This document shows positions 13,085 through 25,845 of a DNA stretch of 64,000 nt, in pieces. The DNA comes from Stylophora pistillata. Taxonomy: Eukaryota. The notes under the pieces are model-generated. The model made no database searches, had not been told where the DNA came from, and worked only from the letters and a program-made list of their open reading frames with translations. The stretch covers positions 10,756-74,755 of the forward strand of contig NW_019218420.1 in NCBI RefSeq assembly GCF_002571385.2. The letters run 5' to 3'. Each line of letters begins with the position of its first letter. Position 1 is the stretch's first letter. The position numbers and the translations under genes are program-made.

Positions 13085-13607
13085 ATTGTTTGAGGGGTTT
13101 GAATTTTGCATTGTGGGTTGTGAAACAATTTAGGCAGAACCGCTCGCCACATGAATTACATCCCATCCTGCAGAAAGTTTTTTTTTTCTTTCAAACATCT
13201 CTTGTATCTTCCTCTGCTCATTTTTATGCGCCAATGTCCAGTCTGAGTGGTTCCTTCTTGAATGGTATGTTGCCGTGATGAGAACTTACCGATCAGCATC
13301 CTGACCATTTCACTGGTAAACTGAAGCTGTGTAAAGCTCAAATGATTATCAACAATTTGCTTCAAAACGTGTGCATTACAATGCTTACATCTAAGCAAAA
13401 CCATAACATATACTGCCACCATTTTTTCACCCTTCTCGATGTACAGCAATGTCTCATTTGATCACTGTGTTTGACTCCCCCCGTGTACTTGTTGTAGATC
13501 TTTACCATGGGAAGGGAAGGAACGTTGATGTACATTCCATCCTTCTGCTTTCTGCATATGGTTTTATTTCCCCTTGCATTGCACTGGGTACTTAAGATTG
13601 CCACCAC
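13085..13607 (-). mobile_element. piggyBac transposase C-terminal fragment with Cys-rich tail
   Basis: PMVKIYNKYTGGVKHSDQ...KKWWQYMLWFCLDVSIVNA (YNxxMGGVDxxDQ...KKW motif) plus a C-terminal CNSC...FCLNCF. Confidence 0.85.
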
Positions 13608-14075
13608 TTACTTGAGAAGCTTAGCACTCTTCAAGGATTATTTTTTGGGGAGACAGCAGAGGGTCAAGATTGGGGACACCTTTTCCAGTTGGAAAGATGT
13701 TAAAAGAGGAGTTCTGCAAGGAAGTGTTTTGGGGCCTGTGTTTTTTAATATATTCATCAATGACTTGTTTTACTCGGTTACCCAAGGTAAATTTCATGCA
13801 TATGCAGACGATCATCAGTTATACTCTTCTGATGTCGACCCAGTAGCTCTAGAGAACTGTATTTGTCGGGAAGTGAGAGTTGCAAATAAGTGGTATTGCA
13901 GCAATGGAATGATTGTAAATGAGACAAAACACCAGGCTATAGTCTTAGGAAAAACAGGCCACTCCTTCTCTTTTCCATTAAAAGATTCTTTGGATACATG
14001 TGGAATAAATATTGACAATAGATTGCGTTTTCATAATTATATATCAACTATTTGTAAGAAGATAAATGGCTTATC
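13608..14075 (+). mobile_element. CR1/L2 reverse transcriptase fragment
   Basis: YFLGRQQRVKIG...GVLQGSVLGPVFFNIFINDL...YADDHQLY. Confidence 0.9.
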
Positions 14076-14109
14076 ATTTAGCTACTCCAAATTCGAGATT
14101 AGATAAGTA

Positions 14110-14113
<4 letters not shown>

Positions 14114-14144
<31 letters not shown>

Positions 14145-14178
14145 TGTATGTATGTATGTATGTATGTATGTATGTATG
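14114..14178. repeat. (TATG)n microsatellite
   Basis: About 16 TATG units. Confidence 0.95.
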
Positions 14179-15864
14179 CCCTTCCAGGGTTTTCCTTCTC
14201 AAAGAATGTTGAAGTTGATGAAAGGGAAGCAGGTGGAGACGATTCAGGCCCAACCTGAGTGTCAAAGATGCAAACAACTAGGAGGGTCTGCGGGCATGTC
14301 CCAACAGGAAATTTTGATAATTTAACTGCTCTGAGATGCAATAACAACAAAAAGATGAAAACATGGGTTAGGGCTAAAGACAATTATTTGAAGATGTATA
14401 ACAGTTCCTGGTGTTAATCTTAGATCTTTGATTCTAGAATTGTTTTGTATGTGTATTCCTTTAAGTTTATATTGTAGTTCTTTTAGTTCTTCAGCTTGAT
14501 TTAAATGTTCGTGTTGTCGTTTCTGCTTTGCGTGGTATCTTTGGTCCTTTAAATTTTGATGTGTTTTTGTTCAAGGAGATGTCTCTAGCTCCTGATTTGT
14601 GGCATTTAAGATGGTATTCAGTCTTTTGAATTCTTGGTGGTCAATTTCTTGTCCATTGTGTGTTGTCATCTGTGGTATAGTGTCAGTCTTGATAGTTTTT
14701 GGGAAGGTTCCTTGATCTCTATGTGCCTTTACTAAATCAAGTTCCCTTTCATCTTAATTTCGTTTTCATTGCCTTCAATTCTTTGTACAAATGCTTTTGT
14801 CCGTCCATGTCGATGAGATGACAAAGTGGCACTGAAGAAAAAAAGGGTGACCTTGAAGTTCTATTCGTATGAATAGTACTACTGAGGCCTGATTCATTCT
14901 CTATTGTATCAACAACTAATTGCATACTGGACATTCCACAAAGTTTCTTTGTAGAGTATGCTTTTTTGCAAATGTAGTTCAAATAGATGACGAAAATGGA
15001 GCAGATAAGAGCATTGGTAGATCTGGTTAGAGAAAGATGTAAAGAAGGGTTTAGTGCGTATCGAAATCAGTCACTCAAATCATTGGGAGGGAATAATGAG
15101 TAATGTATAACTAGCCATAAGGCAAGAATGGCCAGAGTGCTTCAATCACAATGATCGCTCATCAATAAAATATCCTTCTGACATATTACATTCTATAGAA
15201 GGGCATGGGGATGTGTTTCAAATGGAAATAATGTGTTGCAAAGATTATTCGATTAACTTTTGCGTGACACGTGACTTGGATTCGTTGTATCATAAGAGAG
15301 AATATTGTGTGAAAAGAAACAAAGCGATGAAAGCAATGGTAGAATTTCTTTGTCAAGTAAAAAATCTGGATGAAGCTAAAATGTAATCATGTGGCTTTTG
15401 ATAGGCTTACACTGAGTATACGAGATAAGAAGAGACCACAAGGTCTCTTTAGAAATTTTGAAGGCCATCGAGATGGATTTTTATTCACATGGAACATGAT
15501 TATTCTTCTAGTAAAATGATAAGGTATTAACATTCATTTGACCTCATCAATAAGTAATAAAAAATCTAACATTAATGGATGATTCAATTTAAAACTAGCC
15601 ATTCCATTTGTAAAACGTGATCGCTGAGACCCATCTAAAACTAATGGAGACGAAGATTTTTTAAATGAAAAAATGTGCAAAGGTGGATACATAACGTAAA
15701 TACTCGGCAGGATCGGTAAAGATACGAAATGCAAAGAATTAAAACATACACATGGGTAGAATGAGATAAATCACGACACAAATATCATACAGGCATTGTT
15801 CAGTAGAACAAGGTCCTACAACATAATTAAATTCTGCTCTTCATAATGCGGGATCATGCAATAT

Positions 15865-16290
15865 CTAATACATATCGCAGAGGCTTCCATAAAATTTGGA
15901 AAAGAAATCGGATTTATTGCGGTGAATATTTCCAATAGTAGCAAGGAAAGTAAAAAAGAAACTTACCCTTAAGATGTGTTCTTCCAATGCGCCCAGTTCC
16001 AATAGAGCTTCCAAATCTCTTATGGCCTGCTTCTTTCGTTTTTCAAGTTCTTCATTGTCATCGATATTCATGGGTTCATCATCAACACGTTATGGCGGTT
16101 GTTGCGGCAATGGCGGTAGCGGATGCAGAGGTTCTTGTTGTGGCTGTTGTCTATCTTTATTCCATCCTCGTCGACAACAACTGCATGAAACAGACATTCT
16201 TTTCAAGCAGCAAGGAGTGGATCTGGAAGCTCTCATTGTTGTGTCAATAGGCTCCTGGCAAATACAACAGTTATCTGGGTTGCCATCATG
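15865..16290 (-). pseudogene. Degenerate small ORF with a RING-like Cys cluster
   Basis: Minus frame DNCCICQEPIDTTMRASRSTPCC...PPLPQQPP*RVDDEPMNIDDNEELEKRKKQAIRDLEALLE, with one internal stop. Confidence 0.35.
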
Positions 16291-17299
16291 TTTAAACGAC
16301 TAGATCTTCTCAAAAGTAAAAATCTTCTGCTAGAGCAAACAGCAAACAAGCAAGCTAACATGTGAAACACGTGTCTAGAGCTTACAAATCACAGGAAAAA
16401 TTTCCAAAAAAACATTATTGGATAAATCAATGGGAATTTCTCAATTCTCATTAAAAACGGAATTCTTCACATTCATGGATTTTTAAATTTTAACGTTGAA
16501 GGGTTGCACTGAAAACCCATGATGGTTTGAGCATGGTAAATAGCCTTGTTCCACCATGGGGTAATTACAAAGTTCCATTATTGGTATTGTTATAATTACC
16601 ATGGTGAGAATTAGAACATATCCATTATGGTTTTCTTACTCTTCACATAGTGGTTAATCCAATTTAGCCACAGTGGAAAATGGCTTGGTGGTGCTGGGGA
16701 ATACTGGGCAAAGAAATCAGGGTAGTTCTACTATCATGTGCAGTTATGTGTACACAAACTTTATCCTCCACCAGGGCCAGAAGAAGAGTTTGCCTTGGAA
16801 GGTTTTCGATATACTGACGAATGATTTGTTGAAAAGTTTTATGTTACTTATAAACTAAAGCAGTGACACGATGTACATAGTTGTACAATAATATAATTTA
16901 CAATCCACTGAACCCTTCTACAAAAGCGTGATTACAGAATAAGAAAATTAGTTATTTTTGCATTGCTCCTTCCATTACTGTTTGTGATGTGCTCCATTTG
17001 TTAGCTCATTAATTTTTCTTTAAATGTAATTGCCATTGATGAACACAAGTGCTTTTCTCAACTATAGAGATTTGTTATGGAATATTGTATTGCATTCAAT
17101 AACCTAAAGTAAATAAGTGAATTGATTATTAAGAACAGCTATCTAGTTTCTCCTACTTCTATGAACAACCTCAGGGCTCCTTCTCACAACTGTAAACTAG
17201 CATGTCTTAAATATATGGTTTTTAAACAAAATTTGAACATATATGTGAATCCCTTTGAGCTAAATCACCAAAGAAACATTCTTTGTGGCTTTTAATTTA

Positions 17300-19897
17300 C
17301 CTATTAGATCTTGAACAATGGTTATCAATGATATCTGCCTTCGGAGGTGTCGGCTCTGGGGCTATATTCCTTGGTAAAAGAACAGGTACTGGTTGAGCAA
17401 TTCTGTTTCCCGCTTCGCATCGTTGAACAACCTGAGCAAGTAAATCTCTCAAATATTCGTTGGATTTATATTCAGTGATGGGTTTTACAACCCATCACTT
17501 GTTTGCCTTGGGAAAGCAAAGTTTGTAGCGTGCCCGGCCTTCTGTGCTCCAGACTTCATTACAGCTTGTCCATGGCCAGTGTTGTGATTATTGTCAATAG
17601 CAGCAAGCTGGGTCCTAGCAACCATGCCCTGGTATGAGAAATGCTCACGTTTAGGGCAATACTTAAGCATCATGGAGTGATATACCTCTAATCTACCTGT
17701 GTGGCAGAAGTCAGTAATCTTAACAACATCCTTCAACAATCTAGTGTTTATGTTTTTCTTGAAGAGCCAAAACATTACCAGTGCAGGCTGCAGCAGACCA
17801 CCATTAGTGGTTTGAGATTGATTGTATGTATGGGGAGAGGTCCTCACATCCCCTTTCATTTGCCTTGTGAGTCAGCTTCTTTACCACCCACTTGGAGAGA
17901 TGCCACACATCATATTGGTGTTTGATGTTTGGGTGATCTTTGGCCATGCAACTGGTGATAGACATGGCGATCTGTTGCAATCCTACTGATGGTGATATCT
18001 TTTCCTTCAAGCATTTCTATGCACTTCGTAAATCCTTCTTTCACCATTGCATTAGAAGATGTGACCTCAGTGACCTGAACCACCTGAAATGCCACCACAT
18101 TACCAGTGTCCTCATCCATAAAAGTGTAAGTGCCATACTTTGTAGAATGGCCTGGACAGTCACAGCAACCGTCGCCATTAAGATTAACAACACCCCTGGC
18201 AGTGAGAATCTCAATTTGCCTCCTAATTTCAGCCTCCCATGCCTCATGAATAACAGGAAACAGGTACTTTTCCTTTGTCATAAAAGACACTTTCACTGAA
18301 AAATTAATGATTAAAGCATGATGCCCGCTGGCTGATTGCAGTAAAAGTATTACCTGTAAACAAAATAGCAGCAGACAACAATAGATTTTCCAGTGGTTTC
18401 TGTTTCACTACTGGCTGTGAATCCCACTTTTACTGTAAGGCCACTGTTACAAGTCAATTGAACTGATAACATGCTACCAGTTTTCCTTTCACAATCAATT
18501 GTTATATCTCCACAACTGGGACACCTCTTCTTCAATTTTAACTTTCCATCCTTCAGCATTAATGACTGAAGTTTTTGAAAGAGGAAAAATGCCAGTTGTA
18601 GTTTCATCTGTCGGTAGGAAACTTTTTCGGTTGCATTTGCCTAAATGGAGGAGGAGACTTAGTCCTAACTCTAGTAGTCATGGCAGCATCTTCAACCTCT
18701 GTTTGTATTGCCTTACTTTTGAGGGTAAGAGGTTGAAGACAACACTGAATTCCAACATTGCACTTTGTTGGACTCCAAGAGAAGGATTCTGAATTTTCAG
18801 AAACAACAACTTCCTCATTACTTACTACTCCTTGTGTGGAAGCATTCAGATCGTTTGTAGCGGCCAGTAATTCCGCGACATCTTAATACGAAACAATGAC
18901 AGTATACTTCATTTGTTATGGAAACTTTATTTCTTTTGGAAGAACACTTATGTAAATTTATATATCTAGCCCCATCCAGAGTGGACAGAAATGAGCCCGT
19001 TTTATTGTCCAAAATGGGGATTTTTTAGCGTCGACGAGGTACAATTATGTCTGAAGATGCATAGAGCAAGATAAATATTATCAACCTCATTTTGAAATTC
19101 GGTGCGGAGAAATGCTCTGTTGTCGGTCAAAGCCCTTCTAAATAATTATTTGAATGAGATTACCGTCGTTTCTTATTCACAGAGTGAGAAATTGTAACAT
19201 ATTGGGTTGAAGAAATCAACTCGTAAATGGTAATTATCAAAACCAAAAATTTAACTAACTTCTTGATGCATTCGTCGATTGCGGCAATTTTCGCTTGACA
19301 ATCGGGGTCTCTTTTTAGTAGATTGTGAAGCATACTCGAGTATAGAAGGAACAGCATCCTCCTTTAGCCGGCATTTATACCTTTGCCCAGTGATCTTCGC
19401 TTGAAGATGCGACTGAAAACAGCTTTCTGAGAAATGATCACTACAGACATAGCTGTATTGTAAGAGCGGCATATTCAAGCGACGAATTCTCTCCAGCCAT
19501 TCTTTCCTATGCTGTTTGTCCAATGGAATCTTATGGAAGCTCACATTTGTTGCCTTAGCAGAGTAACTGGTACATCCAGGAACACAGCAGTTCACCATTT
19601 TGTCGAACTTAAAAATAAACTAGCTTTACAATCTCAAAAATGTAGCAGTGCAAAGTGTTATTACTTTTAGAAAGTCCCGAGAAAAGGGTATTGACGATCT
19701 GATGCAACAGCGGACTGCTGACCAACTTAATACGGCTCATAAACATCCAAGATGGGGGAATTCTAATTGCATTTTTATTCTCACTTTAGGAAACACATCT
19801 AGGTTAAAACAAACGGCTAGCAAAAAGGGTTACCAAAAATCGAGACTGAAGAAACAGGCCAATAATACAAAATTAAAAAACACCCCAGAGTTCCCCT
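17300..19897 (-). mobile_element. Kolobok DNA transposon (THAP domain + DDE transposase), degenerate
   Basis: THAP ORF 19251-19598 (MVNCCVPGC...W...VCSDHF). Transposase motifs GDGCCDCPGHSTKYGTYT, SSNAM, IATDRH, HQYDVWH and HTGRLEVYHS...YCPKR. Terminus TTAA|AGGGGAACT, with TTAA at 19898-19901. Confidence 0.85.
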
Positions 19898-20109
19898 TTA
19901 ATGGTGGTAAACATCAGTCATACAATCACTTAAGCAATCATTTTTATCAATCCTAAAAGTAAAAATGGATAGGTGTAGGTTGTTAAAAAGAAAAGCTCCT
20001 GAAATCCGAGTCAACATTAAATTTTGTGATGAGGTACATTTTCAGAAAGTTAATTCATTAAAAATCTGTATTGCTATGATTGGTACCTGGTGGCAGTTGT
20101 TTATTGTCA

Positions 20110-20675
20110 GAATTTGAAGATTCCTTAGTGACAGGATCAGACCATCTAGTCTACTTGCACGTGCGCAAACCTGGTCATCCTACAAACATCATAACACTGT
20201 AAAGGTTTGAATAGGCATAACTTCACAGGGTACAAATTCCTTTGTTTCAAAAGCATGGGGAGGGAGAACTTGAGACAAGTGTTTAATTGAGCAATGTGGT
20301 CTATTGGAGAAGCTACTACCTGGAGATCTCGTCTTTGCAGATCACGTCTTTGCAGATGACGGATTTACCATCCAACAATCCCTTATCTTTAAGAAAGCAG
20401 AAGTAGCAATTCCAGCCTTTACACACAGTAAAGACCAGCTAGATCCAGTGGATGTCGAAGGAACCAGGGGAATTGCTAATGTTCGCATACACGTCGAGCA
20501 AGTAATTGGTTTACTTCGTAGAAAGTACACTATTTTGAACGGAATTCTACCAATTGATTTCTTAAATAGCAACTGCAGTGGTTCCCAAGAAGCATCAACT
20601 CCTATGATTGAGAGGATTATTAATGTATGTGCGGCTCTGGTGGACCTTTGTCCTGGAACTGTCCCATTCGACTGA
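20110..20675 (+). pseudogene. ISL2EU/Harbinger-group transposase (DDE_Tnp_4), 3' part
   Basis: [18 protein letters not shown]...FVSKAWGGRT*D...PGDLVFAD...GF...[13 protein letters not shown]. Confidence 0.9.
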
Positions 20676-20758
20676 TTTTTCAATGCACTTGTTTGTTTAT
20701 AATACATATATACGGCAAGTTAATGTTTAAGGGCAAGAATTAAATTTTGTACATTAAC

Positions 20759-23612
20759 TTAAAACTGTTGGGAGACCTGCATGTTATGGGATCTCAAACA
20801 ACAGGCTAAGTGAGGTCTCATCCTTGGGATATGAAAATTTGCTTGGGAGGAGTCATGCCCATACACAAGGGTTGTGGCAAATGTAATGGCAAAGACCCCG
20901 CAGTCACTGAAATTTTGCTGTTGCTGAACCAGCAGCTGGTTAATTCCCTTGTACCTAGGACCAAGTAAGTTTTTGACCAGGCGAATTATCTCTGCTGATA
21001 CAGCAGGATTTGCTNAAATGAACTTAGTCTTCGAAAGTGAAAGGAAGGTCGATCCAATCCAGCTGCTTGAAATGAAACAGGAGCTGTGTTCAAAGTGCGA
21101 CCATCGTGTAACCAAACTGATAAAAAAATTGACTGAAATCCGAGTAAAATTAAAAATTTTCGCAGAACATCAAACGTGGCAGCCATACTTTGGCGCGCAT
21201 ACATTATTTCCAAACAACAGGCTAAGTGAGGTCTCATCCTTGGGATATGAAAATTTGCTTGGGAGGAGTCATGCCCATACACAAGGGTTGTGGCAAATGC
21301 AATGGCAAAGACCCCGCAGTCACTGAAATTTTGCTGTTGCTGAACCAGCAGCTGGTTAATTCCCTTGTACCTAGGACCAAGTAAGTTTTTGACCAGGCAA
21401 ATTATCTCTGCTGATACAGCAGGATTTGCTAGACTGTCCAGTAAATTTACAAACCCTGGTGCAGTTGATAGTGGTGACACACACCCAATGGTTATTCACA
21501 TGGAGCAGCTGCCCAAAGTCAGCAGTGACAATGTCAAACTGCTCAACTGGACTAAGGGTTGGTCTCTGAAATCCTTGGAGCAACTTGTCTACATCTGGCA
21601 ACAAAATTTGGGCGTCAGGTATCATAGTGCAGTCCAGCCATCCTTTTGGTGATAAAATAATGTCAAATTCTTGTTGACTTAAGTTTCTCAGAGATTTGTA
21701 TTTGTTGGTTTGGGTCTGGAGAGTTTGAATTCAAGTTACATCATCTTCTTTATTAGTGTGCTTTACTTTTGCCTTTTTGTGACAAGGTGGACAAATCCTG
21801 GTATTGTAGGAATTATTTGGCATTTTCTTATACTTCAGGCAGTTGAGATGAAAAATCTTGCCATTTTCACTCCCCCATTTTGACACTGTAAAAGTTTTTG
21901 ATTTGCTGGGTTTTGATTTACATGTGCAAATACTAGCAAGGTTCATTACAGGATGAGGGACATTCAAATCCTGGTTAGTCTCTCCTCAATTATTTCTGCC
22001 TTTTTTTGCTCTTTTGAACTCAGGTTGGCTTCTGAAGGGGGGGGCAATACCATGTCTTGGGAATGCCAACAATATGAAGACATAACAAATGGGAAAGATC
22101 TAATAGGGCAATTGGGATTACCAGTGGCGACACACTTCTCATCACTGCCCTTTCTGCAATAGCAAACATTGCCTATTGCTGGTGGTGGACTATTGTGTGT
22201 GGGGGGGGGGGGGTGTAAAATGCTTTCTAGAGTACCACTTGCCTAGCATTTCAGGAAGAATACAAGTTCTCCAAAACTTAGTGAGCTTAGGCAGAACAAA
22301 GTTCCAGTGTTGCTCATCAGGCATAATTCGCCAGTGGAAAAATGTAACCGTGCCAGAGGAATGAAATGCACACACAACAAGTCATTGAGCTTTCTTTTAA
22401 CCGTAAACAGTTGTTGTTGTGTCTGGTAATAATATTCATGGTCTTGCTAGAGCCAAAACTTACCAGTGTTGTCCTTTTTTAAACAAAATGAACTTTTACA
22501 GCCACGTCCTTCCCCACAACAGTCACAAGAAGAGAGAAAGTCTGGAGTTGCATGAAGCCAAGGATACTCTGATGATAAATGTACCACATTTGACAATTTT
22601 GAAATTTGAATGTTTTTGCTTCGTAACCTGTTCATAAGCCTTGATTGCAAGTCCTTCGTGTTCACATCCATGCTTAATTGTCTTTGAAAATAGTTTATTA
22701 AGCTCAGGGTAGCAAATTGTTTGAATTAAAGACTGAGAAGGCAGCGAGGGACCTGTGTGAGCTGCCCACTTACTTTGTGAGGCACCAATCCTTCCAGCTC
22801 TGTGCTTGAAAAAATTTGTACTTTGAGACTGGTTTCTGGTGTCTTCCTCAATTTGTGACATTTGATCTTCAGACAGTGCAATTTTCTTCTTGAAACAGAC
22901 CTTTAGCAGCTCAGGATACTCAAGATCCTGATATTTAGGATTGGATAAATTGTGAATTGTAGGGATCACGCGACTCTTTAGTACAAAGCTATCGGCATAA
23001 GGAGAAACAAGGCTAAGAGCAATGGTCTTAAATTTACAGCTGTTTGATTCTTGAAAAAAGGACTCTATTTCATCTTCTGATGGATGTGGGATAACTAAAT
23101 TTTTGAATCTTGCCCGTGGCTATTGACTTCAGCCATCTCCAACAGGCTGTCTAAGCTTGCATCTAGATCTGCTTTCATTTTCTTCTCAGAAGTAAAGTTT
23201 ATTTCACGAACACATGCATACTCAACTTCTCTTACATACGAGGGAAGAATCCATGAACACTTAACTTGTGTGCACGACAATTTGCCGTTCAGTTTTGTCC
23301 ATGCCTCAAGGTAGAATAAAACACAGGTAACATGCGAGTATGACTCTACTAGACCGGCCTTACACCCACAACACTTGGCAGACAAAATCATTCCCGACTT
23401 TTTGGTAATGATCCAGACAGAAATCAAGGCTTCATTCATTCTTTGCTAATGCCTTACATTCACTAAAACAGTAAATTTATGGTTGATGATGTGGCCCTGT
23501 ACACTTGAAATGAACCTCGATACCATTTGGTTGTATCCTTGAAGGCTTCGAAAGGCTTTAAATTGCTGTTTAGTGTAAAAGCTAGTCTCCAGCACGAGGT
23601 AAAACCGCAGGT
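20759..23612 (-). pseudogene. ISL2EU second gene: SWIM zinc finger - YqaJ/lambda exonuclease - PHD x2 - Ulp1(C48)-like protease, degenerate
   Basis: SWIM: AKCCGCKAGLVESYSHV. YqaJ: EEDTRNQS...RAGRIGAS...GCEHE...PWLHATPD...YYYQTQ. PHD-like: CTC...FHLNCL...CPPC. Protease: LHVNNHWVCV...QQQQNFSDCGVFAIAFA. Confidence 0.8.
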
Positions 23613-25845
23613 CTGTCTGAACCTTTTCCATAATTTCCTTTCTCAAACTGGCCGGTACAATGATGCGGTCACTCTTGAACAGGGAGCGATTTTGAACAGT
23701 GATTTCTTCTTTAAAAGAGAAATTAGGCCTGATCTCTTGGGGCACTTCAGCTCGAGTACTTGGCCAACCTTCCAAGACAGTGGACAATCAGGATCTGAAG
23801 GTCAGCATCATGGGTAGTGACTTTCCTGGAGTCAGTGAGGCAAGCATGGGAGATAGGTAGATCATCAACCAGAACTATTTCCTGGACCTCATTTTAATAC
23901 TCTGTGAGCAAGGTGCATCCACAAAGGCTCTGGATAAGGGGGTCAGACAACCATATTCTCTCCCTTCTGGTACCTTACATCAATGTTGTATTGCTAAAGG
24001 CGCAACAGCATCTGCTGGAGATGCTTAGGGGCAGAAGTGCAAGGTCTTTCTTGCAGATGGCTTCCAAAGGCTGGTGATCTGTTTTGACATGAAGAATGTC
24101 TGGACCATAGAGGTAGGTATGAAACCTCTCACATACAAGAACTACTGAGAGAAGTTCTTTTTCAGTTTGGGCATAGCGACCTTCGGCGGGAGTAAGTGCC
24201 CTGGAGGCAATAGCAACTGGCTGACCTACCTGGAGTAGGGTGGCCCCAAGTCCAGAGAGCAATGCATCACTTTCAACTGTAACAGCTTGTGTGACATCAT
24301 AAAACTTGAGCACTGGAGGTTGACAAACAAGACTCTATTTTCTGGACAGCTGCATCATGAACTGAGAGCCAGCACTACCCAGCATCTTTAGCTTCAAGAC
24401 AACCCGATGGTTCCAATACACTGGACAAGTTTGGAAGGAACTTTACCAGATAAATAAACTTTGCCAGGAACTTTGCCATAATTAACCATGCCGAGAAATC
24501 TTTTCAGTGATGTCACACCTGTTTGGGTAGGGATGGACCTTGTTTGGATGTGTAACGATACCATCAGCAGTTAGCAAATAACCCATGAAAGGTACTTCAG
24601 AGAGGCCGAGCTTGACTTTCTGATGATTAAGAGTCAGATTGAGCTTGCAGCACCTTTCAAGAAATGCAGTTAAATTCTGATTGTGATCCAGGAGTGCACT
24701 TGCAACTGTGTCTCCAAAACCACACATGAGAAAGTCATTAGCTATGATGTCTGCCCAAAGACCCTCAATTGCTTCATGCATTTTCCGCTGCCATACCTCG
24801 GGTGCAGAAGAAATGCTAAACGGCATTCTTAACCAGTGAAGTCTGCCAAATGGAGTATTAAACGTGGTGCAATAACTGGAATTCTCTGACAGCTCCACTT
24901 GCCAGAAACCACTTTTTGCATCCATGACACTAAAGACCTTTGCCTTGGTGAGTGGGGATGTAACATCATCCACTGTAGGTAGGGGGTAGTGTGAACGCTT
25001 TAATAGCAGAGTTAAAATCTTTGGGGTCTAGGCATACATGAATTAACCCATCTTTTTTTGGCATGGCCAAGACACTGGATACCCAGTTGGTGGGCTCAGT
25101 AGCAGGCGAAATAATCTGGTTGCTAGCCAAGTTTTTCAGCTCTGCCTTCATGGCATCTTTCTTTGGAACAGGCACTCTACAAGGATGTACTACACGACCT
25201 ACATCCCTATGTAATGAAATACTGTATTCACCAGGTAAACAACCAATACCTTGAAATTCATCAGCAAAGGGTGTAAGCACAAAATCTGCAGTAATACTCT
25301 CAGATACTGCTTTCTCTGGAGTAGCAGCAACATTGTTAACAGGGGCATGAACACCAGGGACAATGATGTTCATGAGAGCGATACCTTGACAAGACTTTTA
25401 GCCCAACAAAGGTGTAACTCTTTGATCAATAATGACAAAGTTCAGTTCATGTTTGTTGCCATCATGCTCAACTTTAAGCCTTGCAGAACCCAATGCCTTT
25501 CGCTTAGAGTGATCATGCATCACTGGTGTGATATCTTTAGGAACAATGCTAGCTCTTTTGAAATAGTTGGTGGCTCTGATGTAATCCTCTAGTGGCAAAA
25601 TATTTCCTGACGAGTCTGTATCAATCTGGAATGTTATTGAAACAATGTCATTTAGAGTGACTGGAACAAGAGCCTAATCTTTGCCACCAATGTTATTTGT
25701 AGAAAACTTCTTTGACATCATTCACATTCTCAGACTTACTGCGTCATCTGACTGCAAAGTGTCCAACTTTGCCACATTTCTTGCATGTTTGTCTGGATGC
25801 GGGACATAGCTTTCTGTCAAGTGCATGTTTGCCACTGCTGAAGAA
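23613..25845 (-). mobile_element. Ty3/Gypsy gag(CCHC)-pro-RT-RNaseH relic
   Basis: CKKCGKVGHFA zinc knuckle (about 25740-25790), FQIDT protease, VCLDPKDFN, MDAKSGFWQV, RMPF.ISSAPE, RNase H ESDA...YAQTEKELL, GWP...IIVPASLR. Confidence 0.9.

Noticed and set aside
9280-13607. The two piggyBac pieces as one element split by nested insertions
   Set aside because: The order is not collinear: on the minus strand the C-terminal piece lies upstream of the more N-terminal piece
14074-14383. ORFs with YIHT/MYVC repeats
   Set aside because: Translations of the (TATG)n microsatellite
20795-21431. Apparent duplicated Ulp1-like domain
   Set aside because: A near-identical ~220-bp duplicate ends exactly at a single N (21014), so it is probably a contig-join artefact rather than a real domain duplication
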